64,000 nucleotides of DNA from an uncultured Thermoleophilia bacterium (GCA_963844075.1 CAWJMP010000007.1:48756-112755); one strand, 5' to 3'. Shown: positions 31,655 through 42,013, counted from the stretch's first letter. The notes: a model not told the origin generated them from the letters alone. Numbers and translations are program-made.

Positions 31655-34600
31655 TCACACCGACCGCCGCTCGGAGACGGGAAGCTCGAAGGCGAACCGC
31701 GATCCCCGCCCCTCCTCCGACTCGACCCAGATCGTGCCACCCATCTCACGCACGAGGCCCTGGGCGATGAAGAGGCCCAGCCCGGGTCCCTGGCCGTGGC
31801 TTCCCTTGTAGAACTTCGCGAAGATCCGCTCTCGCTCCGCCGCCGGGATCCCGACGCCCTGGTCGGTCACCGCCACCTCCACGGCATCGTCGCGTCGGTG
31901 CGCCGTCACGCTGACCACACCGCCCCCCGGCGAGTACTTGACGGCGTTCGAGACGAGCTGCTCGAGCACCTGACGGAGCTTCTCGGGATCGGCGTGGGCG
32001 GTCAGCGGCGCGTCCCCCACGTCTGCGACGAGACGATGGCCGTTGCCGGTGACCCCGGCGGCGCTCACGACGTCGCCGACCACCGAGGAGACGTCGGTCG
32101 GCATCAGGGAGACCGTCAGGTCACCCGTGTCGAGCCGTGCCACATTCAGCAGCGCGTCGACGATCGTGGTCAAACGCTCCGACTCGCGAGAGATGAAGTC
32201 GATGAACGTGCGCCGCTCCGACTCACCGAAGATGATGTCCTCCCGCAGGAGCGTCTGCGCGAAGCCGTAGATCGTCGTCAGCGGCGCGCGCAGCTCGACC
32301 GAGACGGTCGACACGAAGTCGGACTTCATCTGCTCGACGACGTGCTCCGACGAGATGTCGCGGAACGCGAAGATCCGGCCCGCGACCGCACCGGCCGGGT
32401 CTCGCATCACCGCCTCCGACAGCGACAGCCAGACCTCTCGATCACCGTTTGTGATCTGGATCTGGCGGTTGGTGCCGCCTCCTTCGGACTCGAGGTCGCG
32501 CTGAAGCACCTGCAACGGCGTGCGTCCGACCGCCTCTGCCGCGGGCACACCCGTGATCTCCTCCGCCGCGACGGTTCCAGAGCACGACGTGCCCTTCGCG
32601 ATCGACGGCAACGATGCCGTCGGCGATGTTCGCGAGAATCGCGACGCTCTGCTCGCGCTCGACCGCAACGCGCTGGTAGAGCTCGGCGTTGGAGAGGGCG
32701 ATCGAAGCGTTCGCGGCGAGCGCCGCGAGGGCCTGGGTCTCGTCCTCCCGCCACAGCCGTGGCTCGAGCCCGTAGACGGAGAGCACGCCTTGCATCGCGC
32801 CTTCGCGCCCGACGAGCGGCACGCCGAGATAGGAACGGTGGCCGAGCGCGATCAGCGCATCCGAGTCGGCGAGCACGTCGTTCGAGCCGGTGTCCTCGTA
32901 GGCGACGGGCGCACTGGCCTGGATCACCTCGCCTGCCACCCAGCCCGTGGCCGGCGAGCGTGCTCCGAGCGCCTGCTCGGCGCCGCTCCCCGCCGCAGCG
33001 GTGATCACGAGCTCCTCGCCCTCGAACGCTGCGAGCGCCGCCGCATCGACGCCGAGGAGGCTGAGCGCCTCCGTCACGACCGCCTCGACGACCGCCACGG
33101 GGTCGAGCTCGGTCGCGAGCAGGCTGCCGGTTCGGGCGAGCTGCTGGGAGAGCGAGCGCGCGGTGCGCTCGGCCTCGAAGAGGCGACTACGGTCGAGCGC
33201 ACCGCTCGCGGCGCCGGCCACCCGGTCCGCGAGCTCGAGATCCTCCCGCGCGAAATCGCGCTCTTCCGAGAAGAAGACGACGACGAGGCCCGCCGTCTCG
33301 CCGGCCACGGGGATCGCGAGCAGGGCGGCGAACGGGCCCTCACGCCACTCCGGGTCGAACCGCTGGTCATCGGCGATCCGGCTTGCGGTGAGCAGATGCC
33401 CGTCGAGCGCTGCGGCGTCGAGCGCGCGCGGCAACGCGAGGGCGCGCATCGCCTCGGGCAGCGCATGGCCGCCGACGAGCCCCAGCCCCGCGGGTGTTCG
33501 GGCAAAGACGGCCGCGGATTCGCCGCCGAGCGCCTCGGCGGCCGCCTGCGCGGCCGCGTCGTAGGTCTCGGCGAGCGAGAGCGGCTTTCCGAGCAACGAT
33601 GCGATGCGGTAGAAGCCTCGCTGCACCCGCGCCTGGTGCGACCGCTCCGCAAAGCTCTCCGCGTTGCGCAACGCGAGCGATGCGAGCGAGGCGAACGCCT
33701 CGAGCAGCTCGACATCGGAGTCGGAGAACGACCTGGACTCGTCGCGAATCCCGACGCCGAGAACACCACGGGTCTCGCCTGCCCACACCATCGGGGCGAC
33801 GAGGGCGCGTGCGAAGCCGTCGTAGGCGGGGTTCGGGACGCGCTCGGTGATCAGCCCGTAATCGTCCGCAACGACCGGCCCGGCCTGGGCGAGCGCGGCA
33901 CCCGAGAGGCCGTGCGCGGGCGAGAACTCGAAACCAACGAGCGCGGCGTCGAAACCGTGCACGGCGGCGCAGCGCAGCACCCCGCGGTCCCGATCGACGA
34001 GGTAGCAGTCCGCCGCATCCGCGTCGAGCAGCTTGGTCACCTCTTCGACGAGCCGCTGGAGGACAGCGTCGATCTCGAGCTCACTCGTGACGACCTGTGC
34101 TGCATGCAGGAGTGCAGCCTGCTGATCGAGCCGTCGCCGGTTCTCGGCGAGCAGCCCGGCGGTGTGGAGCGCCGCGTCGACCTCGCGCTCGACGGTCTCG
34201 ACGAGAAACCGCTCTCCCGCCGAGAGCTCGCGGTCGGCGCTCACGTGCACGCCGCCGTCCGGCGAGACGGAGACCGCGGCCTGCGGAAGCGCACCGTTCA
34301 GCTCCTCACGTGGCGACCTTCAGCACGCCGTCCGGCTCGAGCTGGGAGCGAATCCGCCTGGCCACCTCGCCGACGAGCTGCTCGCGTGCCAGTGCGTCCG
34401 CAAGGGCAGCCGCCGAGCGGATCCGCTCGAGCGCCAGGCCGGCCTCGGAGGCGATCGCCTGCAGCAACGCGAGCTCGTCGGCGGGGAACGTGCGCTTCGC
34501 ATCGGTCGACGCAAAGACGAGCACGCCGATCACCCGCTCATCGGCGATCATCGGCACCCAGGCGCCGCTCTGCGCGCCCACCTTCGCCGCGAGCCGGGGA

Positions 34601-35269
34601 CTGATGCGCGGCGAGCTGGCGATGTCGTAGACCGTCACTGGTGCGGCGTCGAAGACGGCGCTCGCGATGCCGGACGGCTCGTTGCGAAGATCGACCCGCA
34701 CATCCTCCCACCAGTCGGCCGGCTCGCCGTCGAGCTCGGCGTAGACCCCGGTGGCGACGTCGCCGTCGTCCGACACCACGACGACACCCGAGAAGCCCGA
34801 CGCCGAGCAACGCCGTCGTCTGCCGGACGAGCGGGCGGGCGGCCTCGGCCGGTGTCCGCGCCCGGGCGAGCGAGTTCGAGATGTCCGCCACCGTCTCCAG
34901 CTCGCGGTCGCGAATCGAGACGCGCGCCTCGGCCTCGCGGGTGCGGCCGATCCCCCCGACGACGAGCGCACGGTCGCGCCACCGTGCGAGCAGCAGCGCG
35001 GCCGGCGCAAGCGCCACCAGCGCCGCCGCGAACGACAGCCAGATATGCCCCCCGAACGCCCGCCGCTCGTACACGACGAGCGCGCCGAACGTTCCCGCTG
35101 CGATCGCAACGCCCGGGAAGACGAACACGACCGCCCAGTCGAGGGGGTGCGCCTGGCTGCGCTGGCGCCAGAGCAACGGCAGGATCGCACCGGTCACCGC
35201 GGCATACGCAGCTGCAAGCAGCAGCAACGGCACGCCGTTGAAGAGGACTGCTTCGGTTGTCTGGCTCAC
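31655..35269 (-). CDS. Membrane-anchored sensor histidine kinase of about 1200 aa (4 TM, about 5 GAF, PAS, HisKA, HATPase_c); three frame interruptions (34796-34798, 34312-34313, 32573-32574)
   Basis: Four ORFs chain together: 34538..35269 (TM), 34306..35190, 32442..34250 (GAF repeats) and 31655..32668 (PAS, H-box SDFVSTVSVELRAPLT, N/G boxes NAVKYSPGGG, DQGVGI, GLGLFIA). Each junction is repaired by deleting one base of a GGG or CC run. Confidence 0.85.
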
Positions 35270-35450
35270 TGGTCGTTCACCATCTGGGCCGACAAATCGT
35301 ACGTCGCCGGGTCGGCGGACGCCTGCCTTGTAAAGATGGGCCTACCGGCCCATTTCTTCCCGCGCCCGGCCACGCTAGCGTTGCGGGCCTGGGCGATGCG
35401 ATCCGCGGCGGCTCGTTCCTGGCCGTGCACCGCGGTGAGCGATCACGAGA

Positions 35451-35485
35451 GGCCCGCTGCCGAACCCCCTTGCAGCGGGCCTTTT
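35451..35485 (+). terminator. Canonical intrinsic terminator with no annotated upstream plus-strand gene
   Basis: GGCCCGCTGC-CGAACCCCCTT-GCAGCGGGCC followed by TTTTCGT, a 10-bp perfect stem. It lies 40 nt upstream of the ispH start. Confidence 0.6.
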
Positions 35486-35524
35486 CGTATCCGCTGGCCG
35501 GAGGAGCACCGCTACCCTGGCCCC

Positions 35525-36481
35525 GTGGTGCGCAAAGTCCTCCTCGCCTCGCCTCGCGGCTACTGCGCCGGGGTCGAGCGTGCGGTGGAGACCGTCGAGA
35601 AGGCGATCGATCTGTACGGGCCGCCCGTGTACGTGCGCAAGCAGATCGTGCACAACCTGCACGTCGTCCGTGACCTCGAGGCGCGGGGCGCGGTCTTCGT
35701 GGACGAGGAGACGGAGGTGCCCGAAGGCGAGACGGTGGTCTTCTCCGCTCATGGCGTTGCGCCGTCCGTGCACGCCAACGCGCGCGCTCGGCGTCTGAAC
35801 ACGATCGATGCAACGTGCCCGCTCGTCACCAAGGTGCATGTGCAGGCAAAGCGGTACGCGGCGAACGGCTACACCGTCGTGCTGATCGGGCACGCCGGGC
35901 ACGAGGAGGTCGTCGGGACGATGGGCGAGGCACCCGAGGCCATGGTGCTCGTCGAGTCGGTGGAGGACGTCGAGGCACTGACGTTCCCGCCGGACACACG
36001 ACTCGCGTACGTCACGCAGACGACGCTGTCGGTCGACGAGACGGCGGAGATCATCGCTGCGCTGCGCCGCCGCTTCCCGTCGATTTACGCACCGAAGAAG
36101 GAAGACATCTGTTACGCCACGTCCAACCGCCAGTGGGCCGTGAAGGAGATGCTGAACGAGATCGAGCTACTGCTCGTGATCGGCTCGCGCAACTCGTCGA
36201 ACTCGAATCGCCTGGTCGAAACGGCCCGGGCCGCCGGCGTCGCCGCGCATCTGATCGACGACGAGACGGAGATCGAGGAGAGCTGGCTGAACGGGGTCGA
36301 GGTCGTCGGCGTCACTTCGGGCGCTTCGGCGCCGGAGAAGCTCGTCGACCGGGTGTGCGATTGGTTCCGCGCGCGAGGCGTGACGGCGATCGAGCCCTAC
36401 CGGCTCGTCGACGAAGGCGTCGAGTTTCGACTGCCGACCGAGCTGCGTCGCGAGCTCGAGCTCGCCGACGCGCAGACCTAG
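35525..36481 (+). CDS. ispH: 4-hydroxy-3-methylbut-2-enyl diphosphate reductase
   Basis: This is the C-terminal 318 aa of ORF 34751..36481, starting VVRKVLLASPRGYCAGVERAV. It also has DATCPLVTKVH, HEEV and SNSNRL. Intact. Confidence 0.95.
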   Translation: MVRKVLLASPRGYCAGVERAVETVEKAIDLYGPPVYVRKQIVHNLHVVRDLEARGAVFVDEETEVPEGETVVFSAHGVAPSVHANARARRLNTIDATCPLVTKVHVQAKRYAANGYTVVLIGHAGHEEVVGTMGEAPEAMVLVESVEDVEALTFPPDTRLAYVTQTTLSVDETAEIIAALRRRFPSIYAPKKEDICYATSNRQWAVKEMLNEIELLLVIGSRNSSNSNRLVETARAAGVAAHLIDDETEIEESWLNGVEVVGVTSGASAPEKLVDRVCDWFRARGVTAIEPYRLVDEGVEFRLPTELRRELELADAQT

Positions 36482-36492
36482 AGGCAACGTCG

Positions 36493-36972
36493 TTACGACG
36501 TGGACGGCGGCGGCGTCGAGCCCGCGTCGACCGGGCATCGGTTCGCCCTGTAGTCGCGGAACCGCCACGGCGGCAGGATCCACCGCCACTTGCCGTGCGC
36601 GGCAACCAGGTGGACGGTCTGCACAGCATGGAATCCGCCGACGAAGCCGAGCCGGACGTGCACGGCCTTGCTCGGCAGGAACGAGCCGTCGCCGAGCCCG
36701 ACCGACTCGTCGCCGACGCTCAGCACCTTCACCGAGGTCGGCGCGGCGAGCACGGGCGACCGGGTCTCACATTCGATGTACTCGCTCGACGGTGCGACCT
36801 TCTGGTCTGCCGGATGGAGATCGCTCCACGCCGCGCTGTAGCGGTTGTGGACGATCTGGTCGACGACCCTGACGGCGAAGGCACTCGGGTCGTCTTTCGG
36901 CTGGGCGCTCGTCCCCCCGCAGGCGGCGCAGCACGCCAGCGCGGCGAGCAGCACGAGCGGCTGCGACTTCAT
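36493..36972 (-). CDS. Lipoprotein, function unknown
   Basis: ORF of 159 aa with MKSQPLVLLAALACCAACGG (lipobox). Confidence 0.7.
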   Translation of the reverse strand: MKSQPLVLLAALACCAACGGTSAQPKDDPSAFAVRVVDQIVHNRYSAAWSDLHPADQKVAPSSEYIECETRSPVLAAPTSVKVLSVGDESVGLGDGSFLPSKAVHVRLGFVGGFHAVQTVHLVAAHGKWRWILPPWRFRDYRANRCPVDAGSTPPPSTS

Positions 36973-39900
36973 GCCCGCTCGATCCGCAGCTCACCGAGCT
37001 CGACGGAGACCGCGAGGGTCTCGGCCGCCAGCCGATCGCGGAAACGCTCGATCAGGTCGGCGTCGGGCAGCCAGAGCCCGATGCGGTCGGTGATCTCGAA
37101 GCCCGACTCCTTGCGCAGCACGTTGATCTCGTGCACCCGGTCGAGCAGCCTCGCCTCCAGCACGAGCTCGTCGTCGAGCGCCGTGTCGAGCGCGACGGTG
37201 ACCCCGCCTTCGCTCGCGACGGCCCAACCCTCGCGGCCGACCCGCTCCACGAGCACCTCGTCCGGCTCGAGGACCCGGCCGTCGACCTGGAAACGCCCGT
37301 CCGCGAGCTCCTCGAACTCGCCGCGCTGCAACCGCTCGCGCACGTCGCGCAATGCCGGGCCGAGCTTCGGCCCGAGCACGGGCAGATTGGGCTTGACGCG
37401 CAGCTCGGAGGCCTCGACCTCGCCGAACTCGACCTCCTTGACGCGCAGCTCTTCGGCGATCTCGTCGGCGTGGCCCTCGGCGCGCGCAGCACCGGCGACG
37501 ACGAGCCGGCGCAGCGGCTGCCGCAGCTTCAGCTGCGAGGCCGAGCGCGCCTGGCGGCCCAGCTCGACGACGCGCCGCACCTCGGCGATCTCGGCGAGGA
37601 GCGACCGGTCGGGCTCCGGCGCCTCGGGCCACGCGGCGAGGTGCACCGATGCGGGGCCGTCCTGGACGAGGTTGCGCCAGAGGTGGTCGGCGAGGAACGG
37701 CATCACGGGCGCGATCACCTGCAGCGACCGCACGAGGGCAAACCAGAGCGTGCGGAACGCCGCCTCGTCGAAGGAGTAGAAGCGGCGGCGGGAACGGCGG
37801 ATGTACCAGTTCGACACGTCGTCGACGAAGGCGTCGAAGGCCCGCGTCACGTCGATGGTCAGCGTGGCCTCGTAGCCCTCGGTCGCCTCCCTGACGAGCT
37901 GCCTCGTCCGTTCGACCAGCCACTGGTCGAGCGGGCGCAGGTCGACGTCGGGCTCGAGGCTGCGCCCACGAGGGCGCGAACCCCTCGATGTTCCCGTAGT
38001 CGACGAGGAACTTCACCGAGTGCCAGAAGGTGAGCAGCTTGCGCTTGATCTCGTGAGCCGGCCCGAACCCGAAGAGGAGATTGCGGTCCGGAGGCTGCGC
38101 GCAGTACTGCCAGCGCATCACGTCGGCGCCCATCTGGGCGAACGCGTCCTCGGCCTGGATCATGTTCCCCCAGGAGCCGTGCATCTCGCGGCCCTTCTCG
38201 TCGAGCATCTTCTCGTAGCCGAGCACGCGCTTGTACGGCGAGCGGCCGACGAGGACGACCGACATGAAGAACTGGGAGTAGAACCAGAGCCGGATCTGCT
38301 CGCGCATCTCGGTCACCCAGTCGGCGGGGAACCACTGCTCCCAGTGGGCGTGATCGGGCAGGTCGGCCTTGGTCAATCCGCGCGCCGCGCCGGTCGCGTA
38401 CCCCTCGGGGATCCATTCGTCGTTCTCCCAGCCGAGCGTCGAGAAGGGAACGATCCCTGCGTCGAGCCAGACGTCTCCGACCTCCGGGATACGGGTGACC
38501 GTCTCGCCGCAGGCCGTGCACCGGATCGGAACGCGATCGACCCACGGCCTGCGCAGCTCCTCGAGCTGGTCGAAGCCCTCGGTCGCGAGCTCGCGCAGCT
38601 CCGCCTTCGAGCCGACCACGTTCAGATGGCCGCACGAGCAAGGGTAGAACGGCAACGGGAGGCCGTAGTAGCGGCGGCGCGAGATGTTCCAGTCGCCCAT
38701 GTTGCGCAGCCAGTCGTCCATGCGCTTGCCCATGTACTCGGGCACCCATTCGCACCTTGGCGTTCTCGTCGAGCAACTGCTGGCGAATCTGATCGACGCC
38801 GATGAACCAGTCGTCGGAGAGCCGGAAGATGAGCGGGGTGTCGCACCGCCAGCAGTGCGGATAGGCGTGCGTGTACAGCCCGGCCTCGACGAGGAAGCCG
38901 GTCTCGCCGAGCCGCCCGATGATCTGGTCGGCCGCCTCGGTGGTCGAGAGCCCGTGCAGCCAGCCGTAGTCGTCGTAGAACCGCCCCGACTCGTCGACCG
39001 GCGTGAGGACCGCCAGGTCGTGCACCTTCGACAGCTCGAAGTCCTCGCCGCCGCAGCCCGGCGCGATGTGGACGATGCCGGTGCCCTGGTCCATCGTCAC
39101 GTCCTCCCAGGGGATCACGCGGTGGTCGACCGCCGCTCCCGGCGGGAGATCGTCGAACGGGCCGCGGTAGCGCCACCCGACGAGCTCGGAGCCCTGCAGC
39201 CGCTCGACGTAGGAGTCGTCGGGAAAGAGCTTGACGGCAACCCATTCGCCGTTCTCCCGCCGTCCGTACTCCTCCGCGGGATGCACGGCGGCCGCGACGT
39301 TGGCGGGCAGCGTCCACGGCGTCGTCGTCCAGACGACGATGTGCTCGCCGGGCCGGTCGACGAGCGGCAGGCGGACGTAGAGCGACGGGTCGGCGCGGTC
39401 CTGGTAGACGCCCGCCTGCGTGAGCTCGTGCTGCGAGAGCGACGTGCCGCAGCGCGGGCACCATTCGGTCGAGCGGTGCCCCATGTACAGCCAGCCGCGC
39501 TCGTTGACGATCTTCAGGAACTTCCAGATGTACTCGATGTTCGTGTCGCTGAACGTGAAGTAGTCGCGGCCCCAGTCCATCCACTGGCCGAGGCGCTTGC
39601 TGACCCGCGGGTCAGCTCCTGCGACGACCAGCACGACGACGTCGCGGCATTTCCGCGGCGAACTCCTCGAGCCCGTACTCCTCGATCTCGCGCTTCGAGT
39701 TCAGCCCGAGCTCGCGCTCGACCCCGACCTCGATCCAGAGGCCCTGGCAGTCGAACCCGTTCTGGTAGCGCTGGTCGAAGCCGCGGAGCGCCTTGTAGCG
39801 CTGGAAGACGTCCTTGAGCGTCCGGCCCCAGGCGGTGTGGACGGCGAGAGCCTTGTTCGCGGTCACGGGCCCGTCGACGAACGACCAGCGCTCGTTGCCG

Positions 39901-40007
39901 CGATTTTGCGCCCGCAGCTGCTCGAAGGTCTGCTCCCGCTCCCACAGCTCGAGAATCTCCAGCTCGAGCGCTGCATGGTCGGGTTTGTCCGGCAGGGGCG
40001 AGAACAT
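36969..40007 (-). CDS. ileS: Isoleucine--tRNA ligase (type 2); three frame interruptions (39653-39654, 38749-38750, 37958-37959)
   Basis: Four ORFs chain together: 39612..40187 (from ATG 40007, MFSPLPDKPDHAALELEIL...), 37859..39634 (WCPRCGTSLSQHE...), 36991..38745 (WVPEYMGKRMDDWLRNMGDWNISR...KMSKS-region) and 36969..37850 (anticodon-binding and C-terminal domains). Each junction is repaired by deleting one base of a GG, AA or CC pair. Confidence 0.92.
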
Positions 40008-40023
40008 GTTTCGATCGTAGCTT

Positions 40024-40043
40024 CCGGGAACAAACGTTCCCGG
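40024..40043. promoter_or_regulatory. 8-4-8 perfect inverted repeat in the 78-nt ileS/trxA divergent intergenic region
   Basis: CCGGGAAC-AAAC-GTTCCCGG, lying 17 nt from the ileS ATG and 43 nt from the trxA TTG. Confidence 0.3.
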
Positions 40044-40085
40044 CACGGCGTTGTACCCGGCGTAGGTCCACGAGAAAGGAACCGA

Positions 40086-40400
40086 TTGACTACCAACGCG
40101 ACAACCGACACGTTCGAGAGCGAGGTCCTGAAGTCCGACGGCAAGGTGATCGTCGATTTCTGGGCCGAGTGGTGCGGCCCGTGTCATGCCGTCTCACCCG
40201 TGCTCGACCGGATCGCCGACGAGCACCAGGTGAAGCTCGTCAAGGTCAACATCGACGAGCAGCAGGATCTCGCCCAGCGCTACGGCGTTGCGTCGATCCC
40301 GTTCATGGTGCTGTTCGAGAACGGCGAGCCGCAGGCTTCCGCCGTCGGCGCCATGCCGAAGGGCTCGCTCGAGAAGGCTCTGGGGCTCGCGGAGGGTTAA
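40086..40400 (+). CDS. trxA: Thioredoxin
   Basis: TTG 40086 has GAAAGGA 5 nt upstream. The sequence is FESEVLKSDGKVIVDFWAEWCGPCHAVSPVLDRIA...VASIPFMVLFENG. Confidence 0.92.
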   Translation: MTTNATTDTFESEVLKSDGKVIVDFWAEWCGPCHAVSPVLDRIADEHQVKLVKVNIDEQQDLAQRYGVASIPFMVLFENGEPQASAVGAMPKGSLEKALGLAEG

Positions 40401-40408
40401 CCCTCCGC
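40389..40408. terminator. Palindromic hairpin GCGGAGGG-TTAA-CCCTCCGC holding the stop codons of both convergent genes
   Basis: An 8-bp perfect stem. The loop TTAA is TAA for trxA (40398-40400) and TAA for the minus-strand gene (40399-40397). Confidence 0.45.
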
Positions 40409-40930
40409 CGCCTCGACCTTCTCGTCGCTCGGCACGGGCGCTGCGGCCTTGAGGGCCGGCTCGTCCACGAGCGACAGGACGCGCATCCCGTGCACGTAGG
40501 TGATCGCGCCGCCCAGCCAGCCGCCGGCGGTCAGAGCGGCGAACCCGATCAGCGTCAGGACGAAGGCGCCGGTCGTGACAGCCCCGTTCGTGTAGCCGCC
40601 GTGGCCGAAGATCGCGGCGAGCAGGAAGAAGAGCGTCCCGGCCAGCATCGCGACCATGTGCGCGGTCGCGGTCTTCCAGAGCTCGCTTCCCCACGTGATC
40701 GTCAGCCAGTCGAGAAGCCCGGTGAGCGCGGTCGCGACCGTCACCGCGAGCCCGACGACGAGCGCCAGCCACCACGCCCGGGCAAACCCATGCTCGGCGA
40801 CACCGAGCTTGCTCAACACGGCGGCGACGGTCGCGAAGGTGTACGCCCCGATCGTCGCGTCGGTCAGCGGGGGATGGAGCGGATGGCCCGGCAGGCCGCG
40901 CACCAGGTAACTCGCCTTGAAGTTCGCCAT
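40397..40930 (-). CDS. DUF2231-like polytopic membrane protein
   Basis: The last 177 aa of ORF 40397..41305: MANFKASYLVRGLPGHPLHPPLTDATIGAYTF..., with four predicted TM helices. Confidence 0.75.
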   Translation of the reverse strand: MANFKASYLVRGLPGHPLHPPLTDATIGAYTFATVAAVLSKLGVAEHGFARAWWLALVVGLAVTVATALTGLLDWLTITWGSELWKTATAHMVAMLAGTLFFLLAAIFGHGGYTNGAVTTGAFVLTLIGFAALTAGGWLGGAITYVHGMRVLSLVDEPALKAAAPVPSDEKVEAAEG

Positions 40931-40974
40931 GCGTCCGAGATATCCGGACGGCAGAACGTGAAACCGCTTCTCGC

Positions 40975-41172
40975 CTACGCGGCTTCGTCGAGGTAGGCGA
41001 GAAACGCCAGGTGCTTCGCGAGGTAGCTCTCGATCGCGCCGACTCCGTCCCGGGCCAGATCGCAGACCCAGGTCTCGGAGAGGTCGTTCTCGATCACATG
41101 CAGGGTGCCGGCTTCGTCCATTGGCAGATGATCGTCCGCCCGGCGGACGGCCGCATGAGCCGGTCGGCCCAT
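40975..41172 (-). CDS. Small hypothetical protein
   Basis: The last 65 aa of ORF 40975..41583 (MGRPAHAAVRRADDHLPMDEAGTLHVIENDLSETWVCDLARDGVGAIESYLAKHLAFLAYLDEAA). The rest of that ORF has non-coding-like composition. Confidence 0.4.
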   Translation of the reverse strand: MGRPAHAAVRRADDHLPMDEAGTLHVIENDLSETWVCDLARDGVGAIESYLAKHLAFLAYLDEAA

Positions 41173-41212
41173 CTTTCGGGGTCGCCAAGCCCAGTCCCTG
41201 TATAAGGGCCTC

Positions 41213-42013
41213 GTGCCGGGCTTCCTGATCGTCAACCCGCGCTCCGGAGACGGCGGCGCAGACGATCTGCTGGCCGCGGCGCGGACGCACGGGATCGAGA
41301 CCCACGAGTTACGGGACGGCGACGATCTGCCGTCACTCGCGCGAGAGGCACCCGACGGGCCTCTCGGCATGGCGGGCGGCGACGGCTCGCTCGCCGCGGT
41401 CGCCGCGGTCGCGATCGAACGCGACCTGCCGTTCGTCTGCGTGCCGTTCGGGACGCGGAACCACTTCGCGCGCGACATCGGCCTCGACCGCAACGATCCC
41501 GTGGCCGCGCTCGCCGCCTTCGCCGACGGCGACGAGCGGCGAATCGACGTCGGGCGCGTGGGCGACCGGCTCTTCCTGAACAACGTCTCGCTGGGTGTCT
41601 ACGCTCGGCTCGTGCATCGCCGCGAGCACCACCGGCGGCGGAGCAATGCGTTTGCCCGGTTGCGCGCGCTCGCGATCGCCGCGACGGAACGGCACCCGGC
41701 CCGGCTGACGGTCGACGCCGAGCCGCTGCACGCGCGAGTCGTCCTGATCTCGAACAACCGCTATGAGCTCACCGTGCTGTCGGTCGGCGAGCGCGAGCGG
41801 CTCGACGAAGGACGGCTGCACCTCTACGCGCCGCTCGGCTTGCTCCGCTCGTCCTGGGAGGAGCGCTCAGCCGAGCGCTTCACGGTGGCCGCGGGCGGGC
41901 GGCGCGTCCGCGCCGCGGTCGACGGTGAGCCCGTGACACTCGAGACGCCCGTCGAGTTCAGGGTGGAGCCCCGAGCCCTACGGCTCCTGCTGCCGCGCAG
42001 CCCACTCGGCTAG
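41213..42013 (+). CDS. Diacylglycerol/lipid kinase family protein (YegS/LCB5-like)
   Basis: Intact 266 aa. It has LGMAGGDGSLAAVAAVA (GGDG motif) and VPFGTRNHFARDIG. Confidence 0.85.
   Translation: MPGFLIVNPRSGDGGADDLLAAARTHGIETHELRDGDDLPSLAREAPDGPLGMAGGDGSLAAVAAVAIERDLPFVCVPFGTRNHFARDIGLDRNDPVAALAAFADGDERRIDVGRVGDRLFLNNVSLGVYARLVHRREHHRRRSNAFARLRALAIAATERHPARLTVDAEPLHARVVLISNNRYELTVLSVGERERLDEGRLHLYAPLGLLRSSWEERSAERFTVAAGGRRVRAAVDGEPVTLETPVEFRVEPRALRLLLPRSPLG

Noticed and set aside
30221-33004. A 927-aa ORF that appears to be one huge protein.
   Set aside because: Only about the first 245 codons (EamA transporter) look coding. After the frameshift at about 30953 the frame runs antisense through the response regulator and kinase genes, with low-complexity Arg-rich sequence.
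35338-35524. A 62-codon N-terminal extension of ispH from ATG 35338, in frame and without a stop.
   Set aside because: The extension has no similarity to IspH. It contains a strong intrinsic terminator hairpin with a U-tract. The conserved IspH N-terminus begins at VVRKVLLASPRGYCAGV (GTG 35525).
39940-40200. A T-box leader upstream of ileS (and likewise upstream of valS, 9542-9698).
   Set aside because: I found no GGUGGUACCGCG-like T-box sequence and no specifier-loop arrangement. The ileS upstream space is only 78 nt before the divergent trxA coding region. Only a simple 8-bp hairpin is present, and it is reported separately.
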